NCBI GenBank assembly: GCA_964372205.1
Contig: CAYJQB010000001.1
Span: 141,180 to 205,179 of the forward strand
Length of the DNA stretch: 64,000 nt
Direction: 5' to 3'
Origin: Candidatus Woesearchaeota archaeon
GTDB lineage: Archaea > Nanobdellota > Nanobdellia > Pacearchaeales > GW2011-AR1
This document shows, piece by piece, positions 30,142 through 40,195 of this stretch (positions are counted from its first letter, which is position 1; every line of letters begins with the position of its first letter). The notes below the pieces were generated by a model, which did no database searches, was not told where the DNA came from, and worked only from the letters and a program-made list of their open reading frames with translations. Both the position numbers and the translations under genes were made by a program.

Positions 30142-30522
30142 ATGAAAAGAAGTGTCTTCCCGATAGTTCTTTTTGCATTATTATTCATCTTTTTGATTGC
30201 CAATTTTTCTATAAATGAAGATTTAGAAAGAAAATATCTTGAAATTGGAAATGAAAAAGTAGACATTTTCTGTGAAGTTGATGAAGATTGCACTTTAAGC
30301 GTGCCTTCAAAACTATTGGAATGTCTTCCCTGTGACTCCCTAGGCTGTAATCTTTATGACGTTAGCGATGCAGAAGTTATTGCAGTAAATAAAAACTGGA
30401 ATCCAGACTGCCCAGAGCCTGAAAATTCAGACGAACTTGTATGTGCCCATTGCGCTGGAGGAATATCTTCTGAAAAAACTTATACTTCACCTAGATGTAT
30501 CAACTGGATTTGTCAGAAGTAA
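30142..30522 (+). CDS. secreted or anchored Cys-rich small protein
   Basis: N-terminal hydrophobic helix; 10 Cys including CEVDEDC and CINWIC. Confidence 0.75.
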   Translation: MKRSVFPIVLFALLFIFLIANFSINEDLERKYLEIGNEKVDIFCEVDEDCTLSVPSKLLECLPCDSLGCNLYDVSDAEVIAVNKNWNPDCPEPENSDELVCAHCAGGISSEKTYTSPRCINWICQK

Positions 30523-30625
30523 CATTATAAAAAAGAAGATTTATGATTCAATCTTTTGATTTTAGCACAGGAAATATTTTTGAATAAGGTTAACGTTGAT
30601 TTTCAAGGAAGTAAACAGATTTACA

Positions 30626-31165
30626 ATGAATAATGATAGACATAAAGAATGGTTGAGTAACACAGGAGGAATATCCCAGATTGATATGATATTACTTAAC
30701 GATGCTTTGGGGCTTGGAGATTTAGATTCAGAATTGGTAAGAGAGTTTCCTGAACTAAAAATAAACTCAAATTTGGAGGAAGACCAGATAAGAGTTTTTA
30801 GACATATTACTATTTCTCGTCTTTGGGTTCTTGGAGCCTATGAATTGATAAGAACTATTAATGAGATAACTTCAAGAAAGAAAAATGAAATTAACCCTGA
30901 AGTTATAAGGAAGATTAAGGATAATTTAAGACTTTTTGGTAAGATTAGAGTTCCCCTAGTAAAGTTAGAGAAAGAAGGACAACATGGGCAACTTTTTTCT
31001 GGCGTTGCTAGCAAAAGAGAACTTGACGAGTTTAAAGGTTTAGGGTGGAGAATTGTCTCTAAAGGCAAGAAAAACTTAGAGGTCGAGACATTTTATCGTA
31101 AGGACTTGGGAGACTCTTTGCTAGATTTGTTCAAGACATTGAATAAAAATATTCGTACGAAATAG
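30626..31165 (+). CDS. hypothetical all-alpha protein
   Basis: ORF track 30596..31165; ATG 30626 preferred; SRLWVLGAYELIRT and RVPLVKLE motifs. Confidence 0.7.
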   Translation: MNNDRHKEWLSNTGGISQIDMILLNDALGLGDLDSELVREFPELKINSNLEEDQIRVFRHITISRLWVLGAYELIRTINEITSRKKNEINPEVIRKIKDNLRLFGKIRVPLVKLEKEGQHGQLFSGVASKRELDEFKGLGWRIVSKGKKNLEVETFYRKDLGDSLLDLFKTLNKNIRTK

Positions 31166-31170
31166 GAGAA

Positions 31171-31199
31171 TGCACGAAAGTAAGACTAATTCTCGTGCA
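31171..31199. terminator. inverted repeat after 30626..31165 (possible terminator or RNA hairpin)
   Basis: tgcacga (31171-31177) and tcgtgca (31193-31199). Confidence 0.3.
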
Positions 31200-31264
31200 A
31201 AGCCCACAGAACCAAAAAACTTATAAAGCTCTTAGATATCCTTTGATTAAGAACAAGAGGTTCT

Positions 31265-31927
31265 ATGGTTCTCATGGACTACAATATATCTAATTCAGTT
31301 TTGAAGACTGGTACTACAATAATAGGAATAAAGTGCAGAGACGGAGTTATAGTTGCTTCAGATAGACGAGTAACTGCTGGAGGAATGGTAGTTAATAAAG
31401 ACATAAAAAAAGTTCTTCCAGTTGGAGACAACGTTCTCATGGCTATTTCTGGAAATGCTTCAGATGCCAAATATCTAGCGAAAGTAGTTGCAGCAGAACT
31501 CAGACTATATCAATTAAAAACTAAGTCAAAGCCAACAGTCAGAGAAGCAGCAAATCTCATTGCTAATATGGCTTTCAGGAACATTAGAACACCTTCAATG
31601 ATTCCTAGCATAGTTGGTTCTATTGTTGGAGGGTACAACGAAGACGGAACGACAGAGCTTTTCACTATTGAACCTGCAGGAGGAATAGATTCTGTAGAAA
31701 CTTACGATGCAAACTTTTCATCAGGAATGCCCTTTGTGCTTGGATACTTAGAAAGACAATGGAAGAAAGATATATCTGTTGAAGAAGGAGTCCAATTAGC
31801 TCTGGAGTCTCTCAAATCTTCTACTCAAAGAGATACGGCGTCTGGTAACGGAATAGACATCTTTTCCATAACCTCTAAGGGAATTAAACACGCAGTTTCT
31901 CAAGAGATAACATCAACTTATAGTTAA
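31265..31927 (+). CDS. psmB: proteasome subunit beta
   Basis: KTG/TTIIG propeptide cleavage site with catalytic Thr; SSG, RDTASG. Confidence 0.96.
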   Translation: MVLMDYNISNSVLKTGTTIIGIKCRDGVIVASDRRVTAGGMVVNKDIKKVLPVGDNVLMAISGNASDAKYLAKVVAAELRLYQLKTKSKPTVREAANLIANMAFRNIRTPSMIPSIVGSIVGGYNEDGTTELFTIEPAGGIDSVETYDANFSSGMPFVLGYLERQWKKDISVEEGVQLALESLKSSTQRDTASGNGIDIFSITSKGIKHAVSQEITSTYS

Positions 31928-31938
31928 TTTATTTTAAA

Positions 31939-33831
31939 ATGCCAGATATCTTAAAAAGTATTAAAGAAGAGTTACCGAGAGCTATAACTGACGCGATTTT
32001 TGAAGGAGCAAATATAGTTCTTTACACAGATGATAAAGAGTTTTTTAGGTCATCAGAATCAAAGATTAAAGAGATTGTTGACAAGATAAAGAAGCGTGTT
32101 GAATTAAGAGCCGATGAAAAGATTTTAATCTCTCCAGAAGAGACTGAAAAGACAATAAGAGCTTTAGTTCCTCAAGAAGCAGAAATAGAAAACATAATAT
32201 TTGATGTGCAGAGAAGTATTGTAATAATAGAGGCCAAGAAACCAGGACTTGTTATTGGAAAACAGGGCTCCATACTTAGTGACATAAAAAGCTCAACTCT
32301 CTGGACTCCAACAATCCAAAGAAGTCCTGCAATACCTTCCAAAATAACTGAGAAAATACGTTCTGTCCTTTATGCAAACAACTCCTACAGAAAAAAATTC
32401 CTGAATGATATTGGAAAGAAAATATATCAAGACTGGAATCCTGAAAAGATGGACATGTGGGTCAGGCTCACATATCTTGGAAGTGGTCGTCAAGTAGGCA
32501 GGTCTTGTTTGCTTCTCCAAACCCCAAACTCAAAAATTCTTTTAGACTGCGGGATAAATCCGGGAGTTTCAGATGGGCCAGAAAGATTCCCCTATCTTCA
32601 AGTTCCAGAAGTTGGAGATCTCAATTCTATAGATGCAGTAGTTCTTTCACACGCTCACACAGATCACTCTGCGATGATACCTTACCTTTACAAAATGGGT
32701 TACAGAGGCCCTGTTTACATGACTGCTCCAACGAGAGACGTAGCAGCACTTTCAGCTCTTGATTATATTGGAATTGCCTTCAAGCAAGCCGAATCACCCA
32801 TTTACAAGCCGGAAGACATAAAAGAAATGGTTAGACATTCTATCTGCTTGAATTATGGAGAAGTTTCAGATATAACTCCAGACATTAGAATAACATTCTA
32901 TAATGCAGGTCATGTTTTAGGTTCAGCCGTCGTGCACATCAATATTGGAAACGGCCTTCACAATCTTGTTTACACAGCAGACACAAATTATAGAAGAACA
33001 AGGCTCCTAGACCCTGCTGTAAATCAATTCCCAAGAGCAGAGACTGTAACAATAGAATCAACTTATGGTTCAAAGAACGATGTCCTTCCCCCAAGAAAGG
33101 AAACAGAGGAAAAATTCTTAGAGTTAGCAAGAGCAACAATCTCAAGAGGAGGAAAGATTCTTCTTCCTGAACTTGGATTCGGACACGCACAAGAAACAAT
33201 ATTGAGAGTTGAGGAAGCCGTGAGAAAAGGAGAGCTTCCAGAGATTCCAGTCTACTTAGACGGAATGCTTTGGGACATCACTGCAATTCATACAGCATAT
33301 CCTGATTTCTTAAGCTCACAAGTCAGGAATCAGATATTCCAGGATAATAATCCTTTCATGGCTCCATTCATGAAGAAAGTAGGCTCTCCTGCAGAAAGAA
33401 AGCAGATTATGGAGGGAGGACCATGCATAGTCATTGCAGGAAATGGAATGCTTAACGGAGGTCCCGCTGTTGAATACTTCAAATATTTTGCAGATAGTCC
33501 AAGTAATCTAATAGTGTTCAGTTCATACCAAGCTCCAACTTCATTAGGAAGAGCTGTTCAGGAAGGAAACAAAATAGTTCAGATAGATAAAAACTTTGGG
33601 GGAGAAACAGTAGCAGTCAAGATGCAGGTAGAGACTCTCAATGGTTTATCGGCTCACTCAGGAAGAAACGACCTTATGCAATATATCTCAAGAATGAATC
33701 CTCGTCCTAAGAAGATAATAATTAATCACGGAGAACAGTCGAAGTGTTTAGACCTTGCTTCAACTCTTTACAGGCAGAATCATGTAGAAACAATAGTCCC
33801 AAAAAATCTTGAAACTATCAGATTAAAGTGA
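31939..33831 (+). CDS. fttA: aCPSF1/FttA beta-CASP ribonuclease (KH + MBL)
   Basis: KPGLVIGK KH motif, GRQVGRSC, SHAHTDHS, NAGHVLGS, LSAHS; conserved position after psmB. Confidence 0.95.
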   Translation: MPDILKSIKEELPRAITDAIFEGANIVLYTDDKEFFRSSESKIKEIVDKIKKRVELRADEKILISPEETEKTIRALVPQEAEIENIIFDVQRSIVIIEAKKPGLVIGKQGSILSDIKSSTLWTPTIQRSPAIPSKITEKIRSVLYANNSYRKKFLNDIGKKIYQDWNPEKMDMWVRLTYLGSGRQVGRSCLLLQTPNSKILLDCGINPGVSDGPERFPYLQVPEVGDLNSIDAVVLSHAHTDHSAMIPYLYKMGYRGPVYMTAPTRDVAALSALDYIGIAFKQAESPIYKPEDIKEMVRHSICLNYGEVSDITPDIRITFYNAGHVLGSAVVHINIGNGLHNLVYTADTNYRRTRLLDPAVNQFPRAETVTIESTYGSKNDVLPPRKETEEKFLELARATISRGGKILLPELGFGHAQETILRVEEAVRKGELPEIPVYLDGMLWDITAIHTAYPDFLSSQVRNQIFQDNNPFMAPFMKKVGSPAERKQIMEGGPCIVIAGNGMLNGGPAVEYFKYFADSPSNLIVFSSYQAPTSLGRAVQEGNKIVQIDKNFGGETVAVKMQVETLNGLSAHSGRNDLMQYISRMNPRPKKIIINHGEQSKCLDLASTLYRQNHVETIVPKNLETIRLK

Positions 33832-33885
33832 TTGCCAAGACTTAAAAACTCTCTTCGCTTATAAAAAAAGGTTCTTAAAAGTAGG

Positions 33886-34824
33886 ATGAAGCACACACTA
33901 AAGATAACGTTGATTTTGATTGCAATGTTTTTCATTGCCCAGACGATAGGAATATTTGTAGCAAACGCTTATACCCCTGAAACTATCTCAACTATAAATC
34001 AAACAACCGGGGAGCAGGTAAATATCACTGCATATGACATTCCCTACGGACTTGAACCTCCACAGGGTATAGAGCCAGTCAACGTCCTCTGGCAGATTTT
34101 GATTGCAATAGTCATTGTCGTAGTGCTTATGCTCATTCTCATGCGCATAAGAGCAGAGATATTCCTAAGAATCTGGTTCCTTGTTGTAGTCACATTAGGA
34201 CTTGCTCTTGCATTAAATGGGCTATTCATCAAAATTCCCAATTCAGCTCTTTTAGCAATAATAATAGCAATACCTCTAGCAATAATAAAAATATTCCAAA
34301 GAAACTTAGTAGTCCATAATCTTACAGAATTGCTTATCTATCCTGGAATAGCAATTGTTTTCATACCACTTCTAAACATCTGGACGGTCGTTCTCTTGCT
34401 TATATTGATATCAATCTATGACATTTATGCTGTCTGGCATGCAGGATTCATGCAGAAAATGGCAAAATATCAAATAGAAAAGCTTAGAATATTCTCAGGA
34501 TTCTTTGTCCCATATGCAGATAAAAAAACAAGAGCTAAAATAAAAATTATGAAGCAATCAAATTCCAAATCTAAGAAAGACCAAAAAATAGGAGTACATC
34601 TTGCAATCTTAGGAGGAGGAGACGTCGTATTCCCTATAATTCTCGCAGGCGTTGTTCTTTACACATTCGGAAGTCTACTTTCAGCATTCATAATTGCAAT
34701 AGGAGCAACAATAGCATTAGGACTTCTATTCTATTATTCAGAAAAAGGCAAGTTCTATCCTGCAATGCCTTTCATAACAACAGGATGTTTGATAGCTCTA
34801 GGGATAGTATATTTGATTAACTAG
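33886..34824 (+). CDS. presenilin-family intramembrane aspartyl protease
   Basis: YD in TM6 (SIYDIYAVW), LGGGD, PAMP; multiple TM helices. Confidence 0.9.
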   Translation: MKHTLKITLILIAMFFIAQTIGIFVANAYTPETISTINQTTGEQVNITAYDIPYGLEPPQGIEPVNVLWQILIAIVIVVVLMLILMRIRAEIFLRIWFLVVVTLGLALALNGLFIKIPNSALLAIIIAIPLAIIKIFQRNLVVHNLTELLIYPGIAIVFIPLLNIWTVVLLLILISIYDIYAVWHAGFMQKMAKYQIEKLRIFSGFFVPYADKKTRAKIKIMKQSNSKSKKDQKIGVHLAILGGGDVVFPIILAGVVLYTFGSLLSAFIIAIGATIALGLLFYYSEKGKFYPAMPFITTGCLIALGIVYLIN

Positions 34825-35269
34825 TTTCCTGTGTATCAGAATCAGATTTTTCGAGAGATTTTCCATTGTAGATTTTTCCTAAGTGAGCTACCTGGTCAAA
34901 ATTTGCAGCAGCATTTTCAAGGGTCTCTCGGGTTGAAGGTCTCCACCTTATTATCGGCTGTCTGAAAAAATCAGGCACATCTGTCCAAATAAATCTCGGA
35001 GGCACAGGACCTTCTTCATCTCTCCTTTTTTCTCTATAATCAGGATTAGTTGTAATAGTTGGCTGAAACAAATGGACTCCATCAGGAGTGGTTCCTCTAT
35101 AAACTGCAGCAGTGTGAGTTTCTCCAATAGTCAAGTCTAAAAAATATCCTATCCAGGGCTGCAATGCATCTGGAACTTTATCAGTAAACTCAATTCGATA
35201 TCTTACTTCCAAATCTGTTTTTTCTACTTTTCTCTCTCCAAATCCCATTCCTTGAAATTTCTTATTCAT
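34817..35269 (-). CDS. hypothetical protein
   Basis: 150-aa ORF with an upstream TTTAAAAAA box. Confidence 0.7.
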   Translation of the reverse strand: MNKKFQGMGFGERKVEKTDLEVRYRIEFTDKVPDALQPWIGYFLDLTIGETHTAAVYRGTTPDGVHLFQPTITTNPDYREKRRDEEGPVPPRFIWTDVPDFFRQPIIRWRPSTRETLENAAANFDQVAHLGKIYNGKSLEKSDSDTQETS

Positions 35270-35371
35270 TTACTTCCTACAAATTGATCTTTTTTAAATC
35301 TTTAGTTAAAACGTCACCCGGAAGTTACAACAAAGAGAAACATTTAAATACCTAATCTTTATCACTTTCAC

Positions 35372-36151
35372 ATGATAGTAAATCAGGAACTAGTAAGGAA
35401 GATAAGAGACCACTTTGATTTGAACATATACGAGACAAAAGTGTGGTTAGCTCTGCTTTCTAAGGGAATTGTGTCTGCAGGAGAAACTGCAGAGCTTTCT
35501 GGAGTTCCAAGGTCTAGAACTTATGATGTTCTTGAATCTCTAGCAAAAAGAGGATTTGCAATAATCAAGGTAGGAAAGCCTATCAAATACATTGCAGTAG
35601 ACCCTCAAACAGTTCTTGAGAAAATGAAATCTAATGTTTTCAATGAAGCACAAGAAAAAGTAAAGACTCTTGCAAAACTTAACCAGACTCAAGAATATAC
35701 AGAGCTTGAGCAGTTATACAAGACAGGAATATCCCCCATAAGATCAGAAGATATTTCAGGTTTCTTGAAAGGAAGATCAAACATTCTTTCAAAGCTTAGA
35801 GAACTTATGGAAAAAGCAGAGAAAGAAGTTTCTATTTTCACATCTGCAACAGACTTCGACGACAAATCCAGAGTATTACTTCCAGCTCTTGACACTCTTA
35901 GCAAGAAAGGAGTCAAGATTAGGATAGCTCTTTCAGGTGGAAATGAGTCTATAAAGAAACTGAATAATAAACACAATCTTAAGGCAAAACAAAGCGATCA
36001 TCAAGGAAGAGTATACATAGCAGATAAGAAAGAAGTCATCTTCATGATAAAACCCGAGAATTCAGACGAAGACATAGCAATCTGGTTAAACACACCTTTC
36101 TTTTCAACTTCTCTATCAGGAATCTACGAGAGAGCTCTAAAGGGGAACTAA
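35372..36151 (+). CDS. TrmB-family transcriptional regulator
   Basis: LNIYETKVWLALL, SGVPRSRTYDVLESL, GKPIKY. Confidence 0.93.
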   Translation: MIVNQELVRKIRDHFDLNIYETKVWLALLSKGIVSAGETAELSGVPRSRTYDVLESLAKRGFAIIKVGKPIKYIAVDPQTVLEKMKSNVFNEAQEKVKTLAKLNQTQEYTELEQLYKTGISPIRSEDISGFLKGRSNILSKLRELMEKAEKEVSIFTSATDFDDKSRVLLPALDTLSKKGVKIRIALSGGNESIKKLNNKHNLKAKQSDHQGRVYIADKKEVIFMIKPENSDEDIAIWLNTPFFSTSLSGIYERALKGN

Positions 36152-36514
36152 ATGAGCCCGAAAGAGCCTATAGAAAAAGAATTTAATTTTAGAGAAAGAA
36201 TCAGTGTTTATGCAGGGAGAATTTTAGGAATCATGGCTCCAATAATAGCCACAAGATATTTTTTTGATATGCCCCAGATGTCTGATAATCCAGTCTCTCA
36301 AGAAGCATTATCATGGGGAATTTCAGCTCTCGGAAACATTGTTTTGACAGGCATTACTCTTCCGTTTAAAGGTTTCCCTCTCGTCTATTTTGGTCATCTA
36401 GGAGCAACACTGGGATATCTCACAGCTGAAAACCTGAGGGATAGAAGGCTTGCAAGCAAATCAAAAGACATAACTGACGTGTTTGTAGCTACGCCCGATG
36501 ACATAATAGATTAA
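36152..36514 (+). CDS. hypothetical membrane protein
   Basis: Hydrophobic segments; abuts the trmB stop codon. Confidence 0.6.
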   Translation: MSPKEPIEKEFNFRERISVYAGRILGIMAPIIATRYFFDMPQMSDNPVSQEALSWGISALGNIVLTGITLPFKGFPLVYFGHLGATLGYLTAENLRDRRLASKSKDITDVFVATPDDIID

Positions 36515-36530
36515 TTAATTTTAATTAATA

Positions 36531-37850
36531 TTAATCAATTATCCTCATGTTCGTTATGCCCATTTCCTCAATTTTGCTTTTATTTTCCACGGACCACTTC
36601 TTGATATATTCCTTAGCTCTAAAATTAATCTTTATTCTAGCATGAAGGACTCCATTTTTCTCATAAGTTTCCCTGTGAGCTCTCTTGAAAGCCCCTATAT
36701 GCCCTTTCAATGATTTGTTCTGCTTCTTTCCTTCAAGTTTCAACGGAGGTCCAATTCTTACAATCTCTTTTTTAGACTTTAGTATCAAGTAAACATCAGC
36801 TTCCTGGCCTTTTTCAATATCATATTCAAATTCATGTCTCAATAAATAAAAAAACTTTCCTATTTCTTCTTCAAAGAAGTAATGGAACTTCTTCAGCTTA
36901 GTTCCTGCTATATCTCCAGATTGTCTATCAGTATGTATTTTCACATGAACAAACTCTGCATTTTTTTTCTTAGCAGACTCTTTCATCTTCTCCACATTAA
37001 GAGGCTTCACTTCGAAGAACTTTCTAGATGGATTTTTCAGGAAATCAGAAGCAGATTTTTGGAATATCTCAAAAGTTTCTCTGCTCAAGGAAGCAAGAGC
37101 ATTTCTCTCAGGATATGTCGGGTCTATTAAGATTACAGGGCTCTGTAGTTTGCTTTCATTCAACTCAAAAAGAGCATCATTTTTTCTTTTGTAATGCTTT
37201 TCTACGTCTATAACAATTCTATCTCCTGTTTTTATCTTTACAAGCTCTCTCAACATTTTCTCAAAGCTTTTGTAATGTATCACCAAACATTCAATAGCAT
37301 ATCCTGAAAACCCTTGCACATAGCTTTCAGCCCCATAAACTTTCTGTGCAGCCATAAATTTCTTGGCAATTCTAACTTCATTCTCAAGTTTCTTTATCCT
37401 CTTTTTTACATATGAGACATGGAAATAACTCAAGTCAGTAACATTTCTAGCCTCTCTTGGTTTCTTTATCTTAGTCACAGGAATAAGTTCTAAGTAGGCA
37501 TCATGATCTTTAGGATACACCCTGAAATAATCTCTGCTTCCATGTATCTTCTCAAACCTGGCTCCAATGTTTTTGCATACATTCACGACTGCTTTCTCAA
37601 GAAGCCCAGAGATATCGTCATATCTCCAATCAAATCTTACAAATGTATCTACATCGTATTTTTTCTTTTTCAAGAGAGTTCCTTTTGCAAAACTCCCTCC
37701 TACAAATACTTGCACATCCAGCCCCGCATTGTTTAATTCTTTTTCAAGAAGTTCATTGAAATTGTCAGACGTTTTTCTAACATGTTTCAATACGTTCTCA
37801 TCAGGCTGTATTTCTTTAAGTTCCTCTTTTAGAACACTCTTTATTGACAT
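36531..37850 (-). CDS. cca: CCA-adding enzyme (archaeal class I)
   Basis: GGSFAKGT..DVD, VYGAE..GFSGY, LIDP..RNA; tRNA genes here lack CCA. Confidence 0.93.
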   Translation of the reverse strand: MSIKSVLKEELKEIQPDENVLKHVRKTSDNFNELLEKELNNAGLDVQVFVGGSFAKGTLLKKKKYDVDTFVRFDWRYDDISGLLEKAVVNVCKNIGARFEKIHGSRDYFRVYPKDHDAYLELIPVTKIKKPREARNVTDLSYFHVSYVKKRIKKLENEVRIAKKFMAAQKVYGAESYVQGFSGYAIECLVIHYKSFEKMLRELVKIKTGDRIVIDVEKHYKRKNDALFELNESKLQSPVILIDPTYPERNALASLSRETFEIFQKSASDFLKNPSRKFFEVKPLNVEKMKESAKKKNAEFVHVKIHTDRQSGDIAGTKLKKFHYFFEEEIGKFFYLLRHEFEYDIEKGQEADVYLILKSKKEIVRIGPPLKLEGKKQNKSLKGHIGAFKRAHRETYEKNGVLHARIKINFRAKEYIKKWSVENKSKIEEMGITNMRIID

Positions 37851-37884
37851 ATACTCTAGAAGAATAGGATGTTTTTAAGGGTTG

Positions 37885-38634
37885 CTAACCAGTCACATTA
37901 AAATTATTCAAACATATAACTTTACAGAACACTACTTGATTATGGTCGTACCTAAATGCTTGCAGAATTGTAGCTCTATAAAATTCATCTTGAAATATCT
38001 GGCACCCTGCTTGTTGGTAAGTTGACCCTCCACCTATCTGCACATTTTGCAACGCACAAAAAGTCCCCAATCCTCCTACCTGTACAGCATCAACATCATT
38101 AACGCCATCGTTCCCATCAAGAGTGATTTGATATGTTTTCCCAGGAGAATACCAAGAATTTCTACATTCCCCATTAATACACGCTTTTCCAGCTTCAACA
38201 GTGCCTGCATTAACAACGCTAGAACCCAATGTGCTAGTAACGACTAACTTCTCGACTTCAACATCTCCATTAGCCTTCATCTGAATGCCTTTCTGGAGAA
38301 CCGTATTCCAAATTCTAAAGCTCCCGTCATTGTGCATCCCAACCCAGAACAATCTAGTGTCATCTTCACCTCTCCAGTCAATATAGCTGAAAAGACTAGT
38401 TGTATCTGTATCTTTTAAAATGAGCGCAGCGTCTCTGATAGTACTAATCTGAAGATTTCCTTTCATGAACCAATAAGAACTATCATCAGTGCCAAAAGTC
38501 CCCGGACCTATTTCAGCCGGGTCATGTCCCGGATTTGGAGCAGCAGCGATTACAAATGCAAGTCCTGCAATAAGTAGTATAGCCCCAAGAAACATAAATG
38601 TATTTTTCTTAGTTATGTTCACCTCTAATCTCAT
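37885..38634 (-). CDS. secreted fibre/adhesin-like protein
   Basis: Signal/TM, NPGH motif, beta-rich shaft, CINGECRNSW, Cys-containing C-terminal domain. Confidence 0.55.
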   Translation of the reverse strand: MRLEVNITKKNTFMFLGAILLIAGLAFVIAAAPNPGHDPAEIGPGTFGTDDSSYWFMKGNLQISTIRDAALILKDTDTTSLFSYIDWRGEDDTRLFWVGMHNDGSFRIWNTVLQKGIQMKANGDVEVEKLVVTSTLGSSVVNAGTVEAGKACINGECRNSWYSPGKTYQITLDGNDGVNDVDAVQVGGLGTFCALQNVQIGGGSTYQQAGCQIFQDEFYRATILQAFRYDHNQVVFCKVICLNNFNVTG

Positions 38635-38656
38635 TCTCTAAAAAGAGAGATTTAAT

Positions 38657-39058
38657 TTATATATCTTTCTCTCCAGAATCGCTAAGGTCTATTATATATT
38701 TTCCATCCTCAAGTTTGTAGACAAGAGGTCTTTCTCCTCTGAAAAGCTTATGCAAATCAAGAAGATACTTTCCAGGTTTCAGGATTTTTATGCTTTCAAA
38801 ATCAAGAACAATTGGAGTCTCTTCCTCTTCATTCACACCAACAATATCTCTCACATCTTTCTCTATCTGTCTTAGTTCATTATTTGTAAGTTCAACTTCT
38901 TCATCTTTTGTCTGTTTTAACTTCTCAAGTTTTTCATTGCTTATATAGAAGAAGAATCTGCTTCCACACTTGCTACACCCTTTTAAGATTTCCTCTGAAC
39001 CATCGTCGTAAATCTCGGAGCAGTGAACACATTTATGTGGCATATAATTCCCACACAA
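38657..39058 (-). CDS. oapC: OapC/ArvC zinc-ribbon protein (DUF2072)
   Basis: MPHKCVHC..GCSKCGSRFF, ESIKILKPGKY. Confidence 0.88.
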   Translation of the reverse strand: MCGNYMPHKCVHCSEIYDDGSEEILKGCSKCGSRFFFYISNEKLEKLKQTKDEEVELTNNELRQIEKDVRDIVGVNEEEETPIVLDFESIKILKPGKYLLDLHKLFRGERPLVYKLEDGKYIIDLSDSGEKDI

Positions 39059-39080
39059 AGAAGATTAATAAATTTAGTTA

Positions 39081-39485
39081 TCATCCAAGCATTACTTCAA
39101 GCTTGCTAGGGTCTTTCTTAATCTCCCTTACTATAGAAGCAGGTCCTATGACTGTAAGGGAATTATGATATCCAACAAGTGATTTCGCTATGCCCTTTTT
39201 CAATTTATGTATTAAACCTTGATCTCTCATATCTGGCTCAATGACTGCAAGCTCTATACCCCTAAAGTTCTTTACATGATCTACCATAGCCATTGTGTCT
39301 TCAATAAGTCTTATCTCTTCTTCAACTCTTAATCTACCTTGAAGAATTATGACTCTATTGCTCAAGATAATCTTCAAGATTTTTTTCACTCTCTCATTTA
39401 TTGACAAATCTCTCACTTCAGAAAATGGAATTATCTGTAGACTAAGTCCTTTTATTTTCGATATCTTTCCGTTCTTTTTCACCAT
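39081..39485 (-). CDS. oapB: OapB/ArvB protein (DUF2073)
   Basis: LIEDTM, FRGIE, LTVIGPA. Confidence 0.88.
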   Translation of the reverse strand: MVKKNGKISKIKGLSLQIIPFSEVRDLSINERVKKILKIILSNRVIILQGRLRVEEEIRLIEDTMAMVDHVKNFRGIELAVIEPDMRDQGLIHKLKKGIAKSLVGYHNSLTVIGPASIVREIKKDPSKLEVMLG

Positions 39486-39513
39486 CTTTTTTGTTCCTTA
39501 TTCATCCTATCTT

Positions 39514-40152
39514 TTAAACTTTTTTAGCTAAGTTGAAAAGAGACTCATAAAATTCTTCCATATTCTTTCCCTTTCTTGCAGAGATTCCCACAACTTCGTA
39601 CTCTGGAAATGCTGCCTCAACTTTCTTTACATCAGCCTTCCTCAAATCAATCTTATTGGCAACTATAAGCACAGGAATCTTTCTTGCGACAAGATTTCCA
39701 ACAATAGTGATATTCACCTGCGAGTAAGGATTCTGCGATGCATCAAGGACGATAACAACAGCATCCATGTCATCCAACCATTTTATGCTTTCAATAATTC
39801 CTTGTGTTGCTTCCTTAGCCCTTTTCTTAGCATCATTTTTCTTGAGACCATGTTTTAGGAAATCTTCGTAATCAATCTTAGTAGCTATTCCAGGAGTGTC
39901 TACAATCTTAAATGTCAATGTTTTTCCTTTGTGTTTTATCTCAACTTTTTCTTTGAATTGCACTTTTCTAGTTTCATGAGGTATCTCACTAACGGGCCCT
40001 ATCTCCTCCCCAGTCCAATCTTTACATATTACATTAGCAAGGCTAGTCTTTCCTGCATTTGGGGGCCCATAAAATCCAATCTTTAGATTATCCCTCTTTT
40101 TAAAAAGCGCCCCAAGCAACCTCTTTGAAATATCTCTGATTATTTTCAACAT
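39514..40152 (-). CDS. oapA: OapA/ArvA Era-like small GTPase
   Basis: GPPNAGKT, HETR, DTPG, ANKID; operon with DUF2073 and DUF2072 genes. Confidence 0.9.
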   Translation of the reverse strand: MLKIIRDISKRLLGALFKKRDNLKIGFYGPPNAGKTSLANVICKDWTGEEIGPVSEIPHETRKVQFKEKVEIKHKGKTLTFKIVDTPGIATKIDYEDFLKHGLKKNDAKKRAKEATQGIIESIKWLDDMDAVVIVLDASQNPYSQVNITIVGNLVARKIPVLIVANKIDLRKADVKKVEAAFPEYEVVGISARKGKNMEEFYESLFNLAKKV

Positions 40153-40195
40153 TATATGAATAAGAGAAACGGACTTTTAATAAATCTTGCGCCCT

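Noticed and set aside
33886..34824. Prepilin peptidase (PibD/FlaK) for the pilins
   Set aside because: The YD, GxGD and PAMP layout is presenilin/SPP type; the prepilin peptidase is presumably encoded elsewhere
40153..40195. Replication origin next to oapABC
   Set aside because: Only 43 nt, no ORB-like repeats or G-strings, and no cdc6/orc1 gene
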